Origin: Octopus sinensis
Taxonomy: Eukaryota
Direction: 5' to 3'
NCBI RefSeq assembly: GCF_006345805.1
Contig: NC_042997.1
Span: 132,432,001 to 132,496,000, forward strand
DNA: 64,000 nucleotides
Shown: positions 26,398 to 40,377 of the stretch, in pieces
How positions within the stretch are numbered: the stretch's first letter is position 1
Layout of the letters: the number at the start of each line of letters is the position of its first letter
Program-made: the position numbers and the translations under genes
The notes under the pieces: model-generated
What the model was told of the DNA's origin: nothing
Seen by the model: only the letters and a program-made list of their open reading frames with translations
Database searches by the model: none

Positions 26398-26398
<1 letters not shown>
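25230..26398 (-). mobile_element. Degenerate mariner (DD34D, Mos1/Hsmar1-like), 3'-truncated
   Basis: TIR tcaggttgagtaaaaagt beside TA; MELSKRDIRAILLFNFKKG, WIPHDL, VTCDEKW, LHDN, YS.D..TDYHFF. Confidence 0.9.
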
Positions 26399-26433
<35 letters not shown>

Positions 26434-26664
26434 GTGTGTGTGCTTGAATGTGTATTCGTACATATGGGGAACGGCTTTCTTTTACAGGTGTTTCATTAAA
26501 TGTATTGCCACGTTCTTGTATAGCTTGTTATATTTTGATAATTTCGTATTTTATTATTCATATTCAGAATTGGGTTGGAACAATAGAGTTGCTAAATTCA
26601 TATTCACGGTTTTCAGAATTTCTCAGTTTCCTTTTCAAGAAGTGATTATACTTGGCTTAAAATC

Positions 26665-26980
26665 GCATGGCTTAGTGATAACGATATTTGACTCACGGTC
26701 GTAGGTCTTCAGGTCAATTCCAGGCGAGGCTTTGTGTCCTTAGCAAGACATTTTATTTCACGTCACTCTAGTCCATTTAGCTGGCAAAAATTTAGTAGTA
26801 CCTGTATTTCAAAGGGCCAGACTTGTCGCATTCTATGTCACAATGAATTTCCCTGAGAATTACGTTATGGGTACACGTGTCTGTGGAGTGCTCGGTCACT
26901 TGCATGTTGGCTTCACGAGCAGGGTTTTCTGTTGATCGGATCAACTGGAACCCGCTTCGTCGTAATTGACGGATGCCATG
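26665..26980 (+). mobile_element. SINE family C variant
   Basis: tggcttagtg head; body shared with 48510-48891 and 51355-51675. Confidence 0.7.
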
Positions 26981-27069
26981 TATACATACATACATACATA
27001 CATACATACATACATACATACATACATACATACATACACACATACACACACACATACACGCATACATAT

Positions 27070-27332
27070 ATTATATTAGAAGAAATAAGGTACTCAGAAA
27101 TCTGGATGGTTTTATATTTAGAGATTTTTATTAATATGTCACATGATTTTATAAATCATATATTAGCACTTGCATCTACTCTAGTAGAATCTCCAGATAT
27201 ATAATCTGAAGATTCTACTAAAGTAGATGCAAGCGCTAATATATGATTTATAAAAACATGTGACATATTAATAAAAATCTGTAAATATAAAACCATCCAA
27301 ATTTCTGAGTACCTTATTTTTTCTAATATATA
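27070..27332. repeat. Near-perfect 2 x 130-bp palindrome between microsatellites
   Basis: Arms 27070-27199 and 27203-27332 centred on ccagatatataatctgaag. Confidence 0.92.
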
Positions 27333-27356
27333 ATACCTGTACATCACCTCCAAACA

Positions 27357-27425
<69 letters not shown>

Positions 27426-27427
<2 letters not shown>

Positions 27428-28042
27428 GTAAAAACGGTAAGATAATAAAAGAAAGAGACCTCAATATTATGTAAATAGAGGAAATTTATCTGTAAAATAA
27501 TATGTGACAATTATACAATAGCCAAGATAAAACTCTGAGTTTCGGATGCCGAAGTGGAAATCCACAACACCGTCTCTTCGGTTATCTGGCCATCTGAAAA
27601 ACGCTATGAAAAAAGACCGTTATACAAAGGGAAATTACTGTGTTATAATTCCGCTACTTATATAAATTAAGGTTAAAAGTTCATAGTAAACACGTAAGCA
27701 TGCCTACTCATACGCTCACATGTGCGTTCGTGCACCCACGTGCGTACGTATACGTCACTATGAAAACGTACACATCTTCACTCACATTTTTCGCCAAATG
27801 TATACGCATATATATACAAACTCATACACACACACGCGTACCGTAAAGGTTCATACATACGTCTATATACGCACAAGCACAAGAAAAAACATGGTTAAAA
27901 GTAGCCACACAGAGAAAAAAAACATAAGGAAATATACAAAGCGTAGAACCACGTTCATATACGGATATGCCCTTATGCACGCATGACATCCGAAACTCAG
28001 AGTTTTATCTTGGCTATTGTATAATTGTCACATATTATTTTA
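27426..28042 (-). mobile_element. (TA)n-embedded pLTR-like element with HHR and a 56-bp inverted partial copy
   Basis: 27493-27548 is the reverse complement of 27987-28042. Confidence 0.7.
27525..27587 (-). ncRNA. Hammerhead ribozyme with CCGAAGA core (U4C)
   Basis: Minus strand: agataa|ccgaaga|gacg..gtgga-tt-tccac..catcc|gaaa|ctc-a-gag|tt|ttatct. Confidence 0.62.
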
Positions 28043-28214
28043 TATATATATATATGTGTGTGTGTGTGTATGTATATATATACAGATATACATATACATA
28101 TGTACCCACACTAACAAACGCATGCATACACACATATACAAACTTTCACACACACACATATGTATATATTGCTGACGTCATGAGAATTTATATACTTTCG
28201 AGAGAACGAGCAAT

Positions 28215-28328
28215 AATTTTCTTTTGGAACTGGTTCTCGAAGTACACATAAAACTATGAATGATAACATTCATACCTCATTATTTATAGCTTTATGTGTA
28301 CTTCGAGAACCAATTCGCCAAAGAATTA
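28215..28328. repeat. About 50-bp inverted repeat
   Basis: tggttctcgaagtacacataaa / tttatgtgtacttcgagaacca, with imperfect extension on both sides. Confidence 0.85.
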
Positions 28329-28443
28329 TATGTGTGTGTGTGTGTTTGTGCATCTGTGTATGTTAATGCGTATGTATGTGTTAGTGTGTATGAGTGTTGC
28401 TCTGTGTGTGTGTGTGTATGTGTGTGTGTGTTCGCTAACAAGC

Positions 28444-28512
<69 letters not shown>

Positions 28513-28516
<4 letters not shown>

Positions 28517-28675
28517 CAAAATAAGCAACAAGAATATCCAAAGGTAATGCATAAACATAATGCTTGTTTTGATTGTAACCACCCCATTTTGAATTATATG
28601 GATAATACCATACTAAATTCTGGTGTCTTTAACTTATTTATCATATTCAACTGAATCTAAATTTTACTGAACTTA
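28513..28675 (-). mobile_element. (TA)n-embedded family D element with short internal inversion
   Basis: Homologous to 47314-47720, 53515-53620 and 57764-58166. Confidence 0.7.
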
Positions 28676-29677
28676 TATATATATAAATATATATATATCA
28701 TTTTATTTTTTTCATTTTATCTAGTTTCAGCTCACTAGTCGTGGCCATGCTGGGGCACCGACATTTATATATATATATATATATATATATCTGCGCATTA
28801 CTTTCGCACTCTAGCATGAATAAATTCATGAATTCACTCGATATTGAAGAGCCTTGTCCCTCTGTGAAGAGATTGAAGACCACGAAGAACTTTAATAATC
28901 CGTTCTTTATTAGCCACCAGGGCCGACAAAAATAAGACTTTACAAAACATGAAGAAAAACTTTAATAACGAAAATGAAAAACTACATGAATAAATAATAC
29001 TTCAGAGAAAAGCGAGTAATCAAGAGCACAGTCGATGTTATGATGTATTTCGCTTTCAGGAACGGCCATGTCATTTAATAAAACTGTTGGTGGTAGAACA
29101 AGCTAATGTTTCCATGGGGGTTACTTGTTTATGCTTTGGATATCTATTGCAAATACAATTATCGTAAAGAAACTTCAGACACTCAAAGTATTTTCTTTAT
29201 TATTATTGTTGTTATTTAACCCCAGGTCAAGTCCTGATCGAGTAGACATTAAGATCAAAAGTGTTACAAACCATATCTGTCTTGTAATTCTCTTGTGTAT
29301 TGCTCACCTCGGACTGCATTATCTAATGTAGCCTTCACTGTTCATAACTACAGGGTGCAGTATGAGAGAGATTTGGCTGTTGCTTTTCGCAGATTGAGCG
29401 ACTACGTAGTGGTTCTTTGAGTTTTGTTGTTTGCACACCTACCGACATTTTCCTGAATTGTATGTATTTGACTCTGTTCTATGTTTGTCGAGTTTATTGT
29501 CAGAAGAGTCAGTTGATATGGACACCACACACACACACACACACATATACACACATTTATATACATAACGAGGAAGAAAGAGAAAGGCAGAAAACTTGTG
29601 AAAAAGGAGAGCGCCAAAGAGAGATTATCAGTATGTATAAGACAGAAGGTAAGCTAGCTAGATAGATAGGTAGATAG

Positions 29678-29712
<35 letters not shown>

Positions 29713-29859
29713 TGTGGTACAAGTGTATATATGAATGAAGGAGGGTGGAGTAGATATTTCGCAGTATAGAAAGCTCTGGAACTGCAAAGAATAACGAACC
29801 TAATTATAAGCTTCAAAACAAAAATGAGTAAAAATGACTGAGTGAGCGTCTGAGCATGT

Positions 29860-29903
<44 letters not shown>

Positions 29904-30281
29904 ATGCATGTGTGTATGTGTGTTCGCGCGCACGTAAGTGAAAAAGGAAATAGAGAAATAGAGAAAATGGCGTCAATTCACTACTTTTTAAATAAACGTA
30001 TTCGAAACAAGATCAATGACTGATTCCAAACATTTTAATATACTTTAGACTGATATTTCTTCGAATTGTATGATCCTTTTTAAATATTACAAGAAATCAT
30101 ACAAAACTCACTGGATCTACCTGAAATATGTGTAAACAAGATGCACAAAATACCGACATGACGATAGCTTAATTAAATCTAAAGATTTTACCAAACTCAT
30201 TTTATTTAGCTTCATTTGAAGAAATTTCAAAAATGCCTGCCTTGAGGCTGATGAAGCACTTGGAATATTCCATATAAATTA

Positions 30282-32160
30282 CTAGCGGTAGTACCCGGCG
30301 TTACACGGGTCTTAATAAATTACCGTTCAACTGTAGAAAGATGAGGCCTTATAATTTTTTGATCCCTATCACCTTGGCGCAATGCTCTTCTGATTTCGAC
30401 ACCTTACTCTTCAGACCAGCGCAGATTGGAACCATACACTTGCGAACGAAGCTATAGAATGAAGCTCACAGATAAACGAATGAGTTGAACAATTTCAGCG
30501 TTTCCTAAGAGGGAACAGTTTGAGCGACAGATTGCTCCCAAGAGGTTCATCCAGCACGTATCCGCCATGCGTTTGTAAATTGGTATCCTTTCCGTTGAAT
30601 TGGTCACTTTGATGTTATGAATAAACATACTTGAGGTAATCGACCGTAGAAATGTCCTCAAATATGCGATACCTAACCTGCCTTTCCGCTGGTCCGTTTG
30701 TAGCAGCTGTTTGACAACAAGTGTCTTTTACTATAGCCTCGGGGCGACCAAAGCCTTCTGAGTGGATTTGGAAGACGGAAACTGAAAGAAGCCCGGCGCA
30801 TATATCTATATGTGTGTGTGTGTATGTTTGTGTGTCTGTATTTGTCCCCCCAACATCGCTTGACAACCGATGGTGGTGTGTTTACGCCACCGTAACTTAG
30901 CGGTTCCACGATAGAGACCGATAGAATAAGTCCCCGTAACTTAGCGGTTCGGCAAAAAGAGACCGATAGAATAAGTACTAGGCTTACAAAGAATAAGTCC
31001 TGGTGTCGATTTGCTCGACTAAAGGTAATGCTCTAGCATGGCTGCAGTCAAATGACTGAAACAAGTAAAAGAGTAAAAGAGTGCAACTGCAACGAATCGC
31101 CACCCCTTTGCCATCATTGTAGCACCACACCAACGCCTTCCATAAACCCACAGAATGTGGAGAGGCAGGCGCCCTTTTCTGATGCTTCCGTTTGATATGG
31201 GAAAAAATAGTAAAGTATTTGATCGTACCCCGTTATATGCATGCATGGCGATGACGTACCCACTCCAGCCTTGGCAAATACTTAGCACTTCGTTCTAGAC
31301 AATGTTTCTTTTCTTCCCCTGACGTGTTAATTCAGACAGTCTGTCTCTACTGCCGACTCTGAAGCATGCAACGTACAGCTGGCCGTGAGAAAAACAAGGC
31401 TCTTCCAAGAGAAGTCCGGCTACAGAAAGAGTCTGGCCCTGGGATTTGATGACAGATATGGTGAAGCTGGACCAGAGCGCTAATTGCAGTCTTCTGGAGG
31501 CGAAAGGTATGTTTGCTCCCGAGGGAGTAAGAGGAATCCTTGGAATGAATACATTCTCACCTTTTCCGCATCCGGATAAGATGGTTGCCTCGACAACACG
31601 CTTCATCAATTTTTTTATAATCGAGTTTTTGCGAAAACCGAACATTGATCGAAGCAGTTGTTATGACTAAAACATGCCTCGGAACATACCTAATGCATAT
31701 CTGAAATTTCAATCGAATCGGTCTGGTGGTTCAGCGGTTTGGCCCGGCTTCACCCGAAAGCACTTGTACACGGAAACCGTAAAGAGCGCAAAATTGTCTA
31801 AATTATATTTGATTTAAGTCCCAACATAAATTAGATTGGTATTTCTCAAACCAAAAGTCTTGCAAGCAAGCAATTATTCAGAAAACGAAAATTTAGGCTC
31901 ATTAATTATACTTAATTATCAGTTTTCTATTTGCTTCGGAACAGATAAGTAGAATGATCGATATTTTCGAATTACATTATATACTAATTTTATTGTAGGA
32001 TGTTATTACAGGGGCAAATTTTGGATCAAAATAGCCAACGTTTTTATGGGAAATAATTTCAATGTTTAAGGCATACACATATACGTACATACACACACAA
32101 ATGAAATAAAGCAAAGGTAATAGGTGCATTCCATTTCCATTTGCAATTTTTAATTTCTAT
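30282..32160 (-). mobile_element. Helitron remnant, interrupted by a SINE A copy at 30718-31082
   Basis: Minus-strand 3' hairpin cccg..cggg plus CTAG|T at 30282; PIF1 helicase fragment inside; 5' boundary uncertain. Confidence 0.65.
31295..31610 (-). pseudogene. Helitron PIF1-like helicase C-terminal fragment
   Basis: VFIPRIPL, KSQGQTL and CFSHGQLYVAC.RV motifs. Confidence 0.9.
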
Positions 32161-32171
32161 AATATCTGTAT

Positions 32172-32795
32172 GTACGTGGTCTGATCACTATCCGGAATAT
32201 TGCTAATGTAACGAAGCTAAAGCATGAAGACTGAAGCCACTTGACACGAATTGACCTTAAACATTGCTGTGCATGCACACTAAGTTTTAACATTCTAGCT
32301 CACTTCCTCTGTTTACAGCAGTGCTTGAGGAAAGTGACAATGACGGAGAAAGTTCAGCAGAGAATCTTCATCAAATGTGAAAATCTTGGCGTTACTTGCT
32401 CAGAGTCTTACGCAAGGTCTTCAAACAGCTTTCATCGTTCTCGACACAATCAAGTGGATCTTGTGTAACTGAATCCCGAGTGTCTTTTTGGTCAGCTGAA
32501 AGCAGTTTAGGTATAAACTTGGCAGGCAAGCGTCTCCTGACCAAATATTCAATGATAATCGACTGAACTGAACCGCAGCTAATCTGCACATACTCTGATA
32601 ACTCATGGATGGAGATTTGACGATTTCCCTTCACAGCTGCAGGTACATCTGCAATGTTTTTCTCAGTTCTGCTTGTTGCGGGTCTCTCAGAATGTTCGTC
32701 AATATCGACATTTTTGTTGGCCATCTTGGAAACGTCTGAACCACTCGTACATTTTTGAGCGGCTCATACACTCCTCCCCATACACGTTCTGCACT
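32172..32795. mobile_element. Mariner 5' fragment with internal inversion
   Basis: Plus strand: TIR-like tacgtggtctgatca and MTEKVQQRIFIK; minus strand: VYGEECMSRSKMYEWFRRF..RPATSRT..AKFIPKLL. Confidence 0.75.
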
Positions 32796-33879
32796 GCGGA
32801 AATGCAGCGCCCCCTATTTCCACTCGATATTATCGATTACATTCAATATAATGAGTCCTTTTTTTCTTTAATTCTTTCTTTATATTTGCACATTACATAA
32901 TCCTTAAGCTTAACGTCAGTAGCCATCCCCTAGTTTATGAAAAAATACAAAAATCCTTGTATAGAACTGTCCGCTTCACAGTTCCAGCGACGCGGTATTT
33001 GGCTGTTGTGCGCATGCTCACATGCCCGAGATAGGAAGCTGCATGCTAGGGAGAGAGAGCATTGTGGTTCATACAGTACCGACCCTGGGTGAAAAGTAAT
33101 GTTTCTTTTTGACTCCGCACGTGTTGTGCTTAAAAACGCGTTTATATTCTTGAAATGTAATAAAGTGTAGAATTAGATTACTATTCTGCTTCCAGCTATA
33201 GAGTTATTACCAGGATTTGAAAAATAGGGCAGATCCTCCCCCCTTATTTTGTGATTTAGGGGGATTTTTGAAAAAACAAGTGGGAATTCACGGTGAGGTT
33301 CAGTGAACAAATTAAACAGACTACGCAGCAGTGGCTAAATCGCGAATCGATCAAGTTTATGTATAAATTTTCTTTTTGTATGTTTGTTTCCTTTCACACA
33401 ATATTAAAACAAGGGCTAACAATTTTATGAAGCATCATCCCCACCAATTTTATCTACGAACTGCCACTGCTGTAGGTTATGTTAGCATAGACAAGATTAG
33501 ATTATTTCATTTCTGAAAATATATAAAATATGATCTCGTTGGATTTTTTTCCTGAAATTAATATATAATTATATTTCTTACAGTTAATATACATGGAGAA
33601 ATGATTTTTATGCTACATTGATGTATAAATTAAGTGGAAGTGAACATGAAGATACTATTACAGAATACATTTTTCAAAGATTAAAAATAAAGACATAGCT
33701 ATGATATCACCATCTATAATTTGTGGCCTGAGTTGGAATTAAAATGATACGGAGTATTTAGAATGCCCATGCTATTGGCGTTCATTGAATTCAGTGTAGT
33801 CGCTGGCTATAAGAATAGCTTTTGTCTTATTAGCGGGTCCTTAAAATAGGCAAGTCGAACTCTAATGATTCTTCCTAAT

Positions 33880-34525
33880 TTTGGTACAAAACCATCAATT
33901 TTAAAAGAGGGGTGGTACATTACATCAAGCCCAGTGCTCAAATAGCTTTTATTTTATCGACCCCGAAAGCATGAACGAAGTTGACGTCGGTGGAAGTTGA
34001 ACTCAGAACGTAAAGAAGAAGAAGAAATGCCACTAAGCTTTTTGAAATCAAAACCTAAAGACGGACGTAATGCTGTGAGGCATTTTGCCCGACGCGCTAA
34101 CGATTCTTATTTCTTTATTGCCCACAAGGGGCTAAACACAGAGGAGACAAACAAGGAGAGACAAACGGATTAAGTCGATTACATCGACCCCAGTGCGTAA
34201 CCTGTACTTAATTTATCGACCCCGAAAGGATGAAAGGCAAAGTCGACCTCAGCGGAATTTGAACTCAGAACGTAGCGGCAGACGAAATACCTATTTCTTA
34301 ACTACCCACGAGGGGCTAAACACAGAAAGGACAAACAAGGACAGACAAACGGATTAAGTCGATTATATCGACCCCAGTGCGTAACTGGTACTTATTTAAT
34401 CAACCCCGAAAGAATGAAAGGCCAAGTCGGCCTCTGCAGAATTTGAACTCAGAACGTAACGGCAGACGAATTACTGCTAATGCATTTCGACCAGCGTGCT
34501 AACGTTTCTGCCAGCTCACCACCTT
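33880..34525 (-). mobile_element. Array of SINE family B, about 3 units
   Basis: Family sequence. Confidence 0.85.
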
Positions 34526-36096
34526 TAATCGGATACAAATAATGATTTAAAATTTTGGTACAAGGTCAGTAATTTTAAAGGAAGGGAGACAAATCGATAT
34601 TATCGTTCCCGAAAGGAAAAGATAAAATTGACCTCAGCGACATTTGAACACAGAATGTAAAGTCGGCAGTCGAATACAAATAATGACACGCAAGTTAGAA
34701 AAATTGATAAAGTGGTTTATGTGGAAATATAATAATGAAGTTGCATGTGTGCTAACCATATACTAACAAACATACATAAATCCACTCCAACAGCTCATAC
34801 GAAAGCCGTAAAACATAGAAAGAAAGCTAATAGTTGTGTAACAGTGTAAAATGTAAATCTAATTTCGAATATATTTATGAAGGTTAATGGTCAACTGGTA
34901 TTCAGTTGGGAGACTGCAAATTTATTTAACAGATTATAGTAAATGGAGTATACTTAAAATTTGAAGTTATATCGAAGAAAATGGCTTTGTGCGAGAAGTT
35001 AGATGACAAATTAGATCAAAATACTCGTTATTAATTGGTGAATCAATAAAACCCTGGTACTTGTGAAATATTTTCTTGTTTGTATCAATGAGTACAAAAT
35101 TTTAAGTATTGAATATAACGTTTGTATCAAGAAGTCTTTATAATATAATTGTACATTTTTAAAACAACGAATAATATTGCTATAAATTATTGCATGGGAC
35201 TTGAGGGCAGAAGGTGAATTATAGTGGACAATATAATCTGGTATTTTCACGAGTCAGAAGCAGGAATCCAAATTTTTGTTTATTTCATCTAGTTTCAGCC
35301 CACGAGCTGTGGCCATGCTGGGGTACCACCATTTTAAAGAAAGCTTTCTTATCCTCGTGGGACTCGAACGAACATCCCTTTGTTAACGTGACTAAGTGTT
35401 TTACACCAGCGAAATATTATATTTGCAAAACATATAATTCATATACCTGTTTTATATTGTCAAAAATCGTTTGCCTTCTAATTTAATTTTCCTGACATCA
35501 AAAAATAGCAAATCGGTTTACAGTAGCGTCCATCATCGAAATGATTACAAGGAAATTTATCAATAACGGATGGTAGAAACACACGCTACTGAACATTTGT
35601 TGGCCTAAAACATGACTCTATGATTGGTCAGAGAGAAACGTATAGAGACAGTCTAACAAAAATGGGAGAATCACAAGGCATATATTATGTCAGTTGTTGA
35701 AATGTATCACAATTAAAATGGCGTATGTATTTTCAATGATATGCTTGAAGACAGAAACTATAAATTTTGTCTTCCGTCTCGTATCTGTAGCTGCGCATGT
35801 GTGGATTAATTTCAGCAATGTAATTGTACTTTCCCCCATCGAACAGTATCTGCGTAAAATATCATTATACAATACGCACTATTAAGAAAATGAGTAAATG
35901 CGCGCGAAAATCCACGAATTCACAATAATTTTACTTTTTATTTTTCACTTTTCATTTCAAACTTCGAGATTTTCTTGGTTTAAGTCGTAACTTAGAGGTA
36001 TTAAAGCATAAAATATCATTATAAATTATCAGGAGTTTAAAATTTCGACTCACGATCAGGGCCTGGCTTATAGCAACATTGACCAGATAATTTAAA

Positions 36097-36339
36097 CACG
36101 GTCTTCAAAAAGTTTCTCCACAGTGAAATTTTTCTATCCTGACTCTCCAAGACATATTTCAAAACATGTGTAGAAGAGTCGACTTATGTACTGAAAATGA
36201 AAACGACACTTTCAACACCTCTTAGAAAGTTTTTTCAAGTCTCGTGAAGTCTAATATATTTTTTGTAGTCTTATATCATCTTATAAATATTTATTGTCTA
36301 ATAAAATACTTTCTTCGGAGAGACTTTTTGAACACCTTG
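36097..36339. mobile_element. Tc1/mariner-type MITE
   Basis: 23-bp imperfect TIRs (20/23), cacggtcttcaaaaagtttctcc / ggagagactttttgaacaccttg, followed by TA. Confidence 0.65.
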
Positions 36340-37059
36340 TACATACATACATAAATACATACATACATACATACATACATACATACATACGTACATACAT
36401 ACATACAAACATACATACATACATACATACATACATACATACATACATACATACATACATACAAGAAGATACGTCTCTTTGTATGTATTTATATCTGTAT
36501 ATATATGCATATATATGAGTGTGTGTGTATAATCATTCTTGAGATTTTAGAGAGTCGGATGTACTTCGAATGTTTCTTTGCTATTTGTAGCACTAACACG
36601 TATTTCATTATATACGTATATAAATGTGTACGAGCACATGTCTGTGTGTGTGTTTGTGGTTGTGTTGTGTGTGCGCGTCTGTTTGTGTGCCTGTGTATAT
36701 AAAAAATATATATCTATATATATATGCTTGTCTATGAAAACCTCTATAATTTATATACATACACACACCACACACACACACACAGGTAGATTTATATACA
36801 TGTATATGTATATAAACGCGATCTCAAAGCGTGCATGTTTGTGGGTCTGCTTCTGTGCAATTGATGTGTGCATGTGGGCGTGTTCGTGTGCATTTAACTG
36901 CATGGAATCGGTCATGCGCAATTTGCTATATATACATGTCAACATTGAGAATGCTTTACGTTTATAATACGTACAAGTGCGCATGCTTTATTAATCGTGT
37001 ACACCCATATATATATATTATATAGATAAGCTGTCATATATACTTACATTCATGTATAC

Positions 37060-37104
<45 letters not shown>

Positions 37105-37402
37105 TAACATATATACATATACATACATTTACGCATATACATAAATATATGTAATATAATATTATATATATAGTCTGTAGATGTTTGTATCTATATATAC
37201 ACAAATACGTACATAGATACAATTACGCATATATATATATATATATTATATTACGTATGTATATGTTTGCATCTATGTATATGCATATAATATATACATG
37301 TATATGTATGTTTGTATATATAGGAATGTATCTAAGAATTATACTTAACTATCGACATAAATATGAATATCATGAATATCATAAATATTAAACACGTATT
37401 TG

Positions 37403-37435
<33 letters not shown>

Positions 37436-38234
37436 TTATATGTATATATGCATATATATTTATATGCATGTATGTGTGTGTGTTTATGTGTATGTATATA
37501 CTTGCATACATACATGTATGCATACACACACTCACGCACACATATAGATATGCACACGCCACACACGCATGTATAAAAGTATATGTACATGTCTTAATTG
37601 TGTTTTGTGTTGTGTGCATGTACGTATATGGACGGTAACATGTGAATATTAGTCTAATTTCGTGCAATTTATATAATGCTATTCACATTTGGGGAAACAT
37701 AATGAGTGTTATTACTTGGAGCTTATAGATGTCTCCGAGAAATATACATATAGATAGATGTGTGTCTAATAAAGAGCTGGAGAGTGACCGGAAGGGAGAG
37801 AGAGAGTGAGAGAGGGGGTGAGAGAGTTAGAGGAAGAGAAAGAGAGAGAGAAAGAGAGCGTGTATTTGTGTGAGTCTGCGTGACATTGCGTTTAATAACG
37901 TGAGGGAGCGGATGTAGTGTTGGGAGTAGGAGTTAGAAAAACGTATAGGGAAAGCTAGAGAGTGAGCGAGAGTGAGAGGGAGAGAGAGATAGGGGGAGAT
38001 AGGGAGAGGTAGTGAGATGGAGATAGAGTGATAAGTGGGATAGAGTGAAACAGAAAGAGAGGAGAAAAATAAAGTGAAGTATCAATCTGGTCTACGATTT
38101 ATATGTACATGCTCTTGAATAAATATATATATATATAAACATACACGCACGTATATGTACATTTATATATAGGTACACGCACACACATATACATCCAGGC
38201 ATACATGTTAGCGCATACACACACACGCAGACAC

Positions 38235-38235
<1 letters not shown>

Positions 38236-38318
<83 letters not shown>

Positions 38319-38427
38319 GACTGTCTGTCTGTCTGTCTGTCTGTTTGCTTGTCTATCTGTCTGTCTGTCTGTCTGTCTTTCTATCTGTCTGACTGTCTGT
38401 CTGTCTGTTTATCTATCTATCTATCTA

Positions 38428-38464
<37 letters not shown>

Positions 38465-38494
38465 GTCTATCTACCTGTCTATCTACCTGTCTAC

Positions 38495-38560
<66 letters not shown>
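38236..38560. repeat. (TATC)n/(TGTC)n tetranucleotide array
   Basis: Direct repeats. Confidence 0.95.
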
Positions 38561-38847
38561 GAGTGTGTGTGTGTGTGTGTGTATTTGTGGATGCACGTGT
38601 CCGCGCACGCGCGTTTGTATGTGCTCTGCATGTGTATATAGCTAAAGAAAAAAAGTGCACATGTACGGAGATGACACCATGGCTTCACGTGCTCCGAGAA
38701 CTGACCAAGTAGTCGGAAGCGGAAACAGAGGCGAATATAAAGAAATAACACAACAATGCAAATGTGCAACATTTCTTTTCTTAACCTCTCTCTTTTATTA
38801 AATTTCTAAACTCGTTTGTCAACACCACCACCAAACACCAAGACCTC

Positions 38848-38848
38848 T

Positions 38849-38890
<42 letters not shown>

Positions 38891-39091
38891 CCAGCCACTT
38901 CATCATCGCCATTATCATTAATTTCGTCATCATCATGGCTGCCGGTTATCAAATATCTGAACCTCTTTAGATCCAATTTCCCAATATCAATATAAACACA
39001 GTTGTTACTAGCCAGATACTAGAAATATACAACCTCCTCGTCGTTTTCGTCGTCGTCATCACTATCTCTCTCCTCCTCCTTCTCCTCCTCG

Positions 39092-39140
<49 letters not shown>

Positions 39141-39420
39141 TCTCCTTCTCCTCCGTCCGCCCGCTCCTTCTCCTCCACCCGCTCGTCGTCCTCCTCCTCC
39201 CTCTCACCATCCCACCCTTCTACTCGCTCCTCCTCCCTCTGCCTCTGCCTCTCCTCCTCCTTCGTCCGGTTCTCGTCCTCCCGCTTCTCCTCCCGCTCCT
39301 CCTCCTCCTGCTCTTCCCACTGCTCTTCTCTGCTTCTCCTTCCCTCCCCTCCCACCCTCCTACTCGCTCCTCCTCCACCTCCTCCTCCGCGTCCTTGTTC
39401 TCCCTCTCCCTGTCCACCTC
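38848..39420. repeat. (CAG)n, (TCA)n and CT-rich low-complexity region
   Basis: Direct trinucleotide repeats. Confidence 0.9.
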
Positions 39421-40377
39421 TCATTATAAACATTATTGTTGCCCGACAATACTTAAAGTGACTTAAAGTCCATTTGTCTCCGTATCAGAGTCAAAATACT
39501 TGGTATCCGTTCCAGTCTACACTTTTGACTGTATTACAATTGTGATGTGTCCTGCTTGTCTTATAAACCAATTGAGAGGCAACAGCTTCCATTGAGGTTA
39601 CTCGTAAATGGCAAAATATCTGTACTGCTTCGATGGTGTAATACGGCCTGGCTATAGGTAGGAGCCGGTCTCGGGTTACATTTTGCAATTTAATTTAATC
39701 GTTATCTATTTCGCCTCAAGTGGAAGCGAAGGTTTCTAGTCTTGTCCAAACCCATTCCCAGTGAAGTGATATGTCTGCGTAGTTTGTGGTTGATGATGTA
39801 TTGGCATGCTATTTAGATGTAATATCTTCACAGGTACCAGAGCTGCTAGATGGTGTGGCTACCGTTTGTTGGGTTCATTTTCGAAAGTCTCCTCTCATTG
39901 AAACAACTTTGAAACAATTCTACTTCAAGCGTAAGGAGAGGATATGAACTCCCTTCTATTTTAGCCCTGAGACCACCAGACAGTACGGTTTCGACCTCTT
40001 TATGGTCATCCACGCTGATGGATACTCGTTCGCTAGATATAGCTGAAATTCATTCCTGCTCGCAATGTAACGAAAGTAAGTGAAATACAGTTACTCATCT
40101 TGCAACATGCAAACTAGCTAATAAGTTCTACCACCCGAAAATCTTTTGGAAGTCGTCCAACCTGAATCATCTTGTTCCAACCTAAACATTTCATGAAATT
40201 ACTGTTAGATTGTTTTCTTCGACACCCAGGATACACCCAGTTCATCTTCACTCATATCTGTCACTAAATCGCTTTAGAAAGCAAGGGCTGAAGTTCAACT
40301 GTCACTTTTTTCTGACTGGCATTGTAATGTGAATCCAAGCAAATTTGCAACCCATCCTCTCGTTACGCTTGGAGTAG

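Noticed and set aside
30258-30270. Isolated CTGATGA (also at about 3853, 7565, 22832, 25283 and 43667)
   Set aside because: No compatible GAAA, stem III or stem I
39019-39433. Acidic/Arg-rich minus-strand ORFs
   Set aside because: Trinucleotide and purine low complexity with no domain signal
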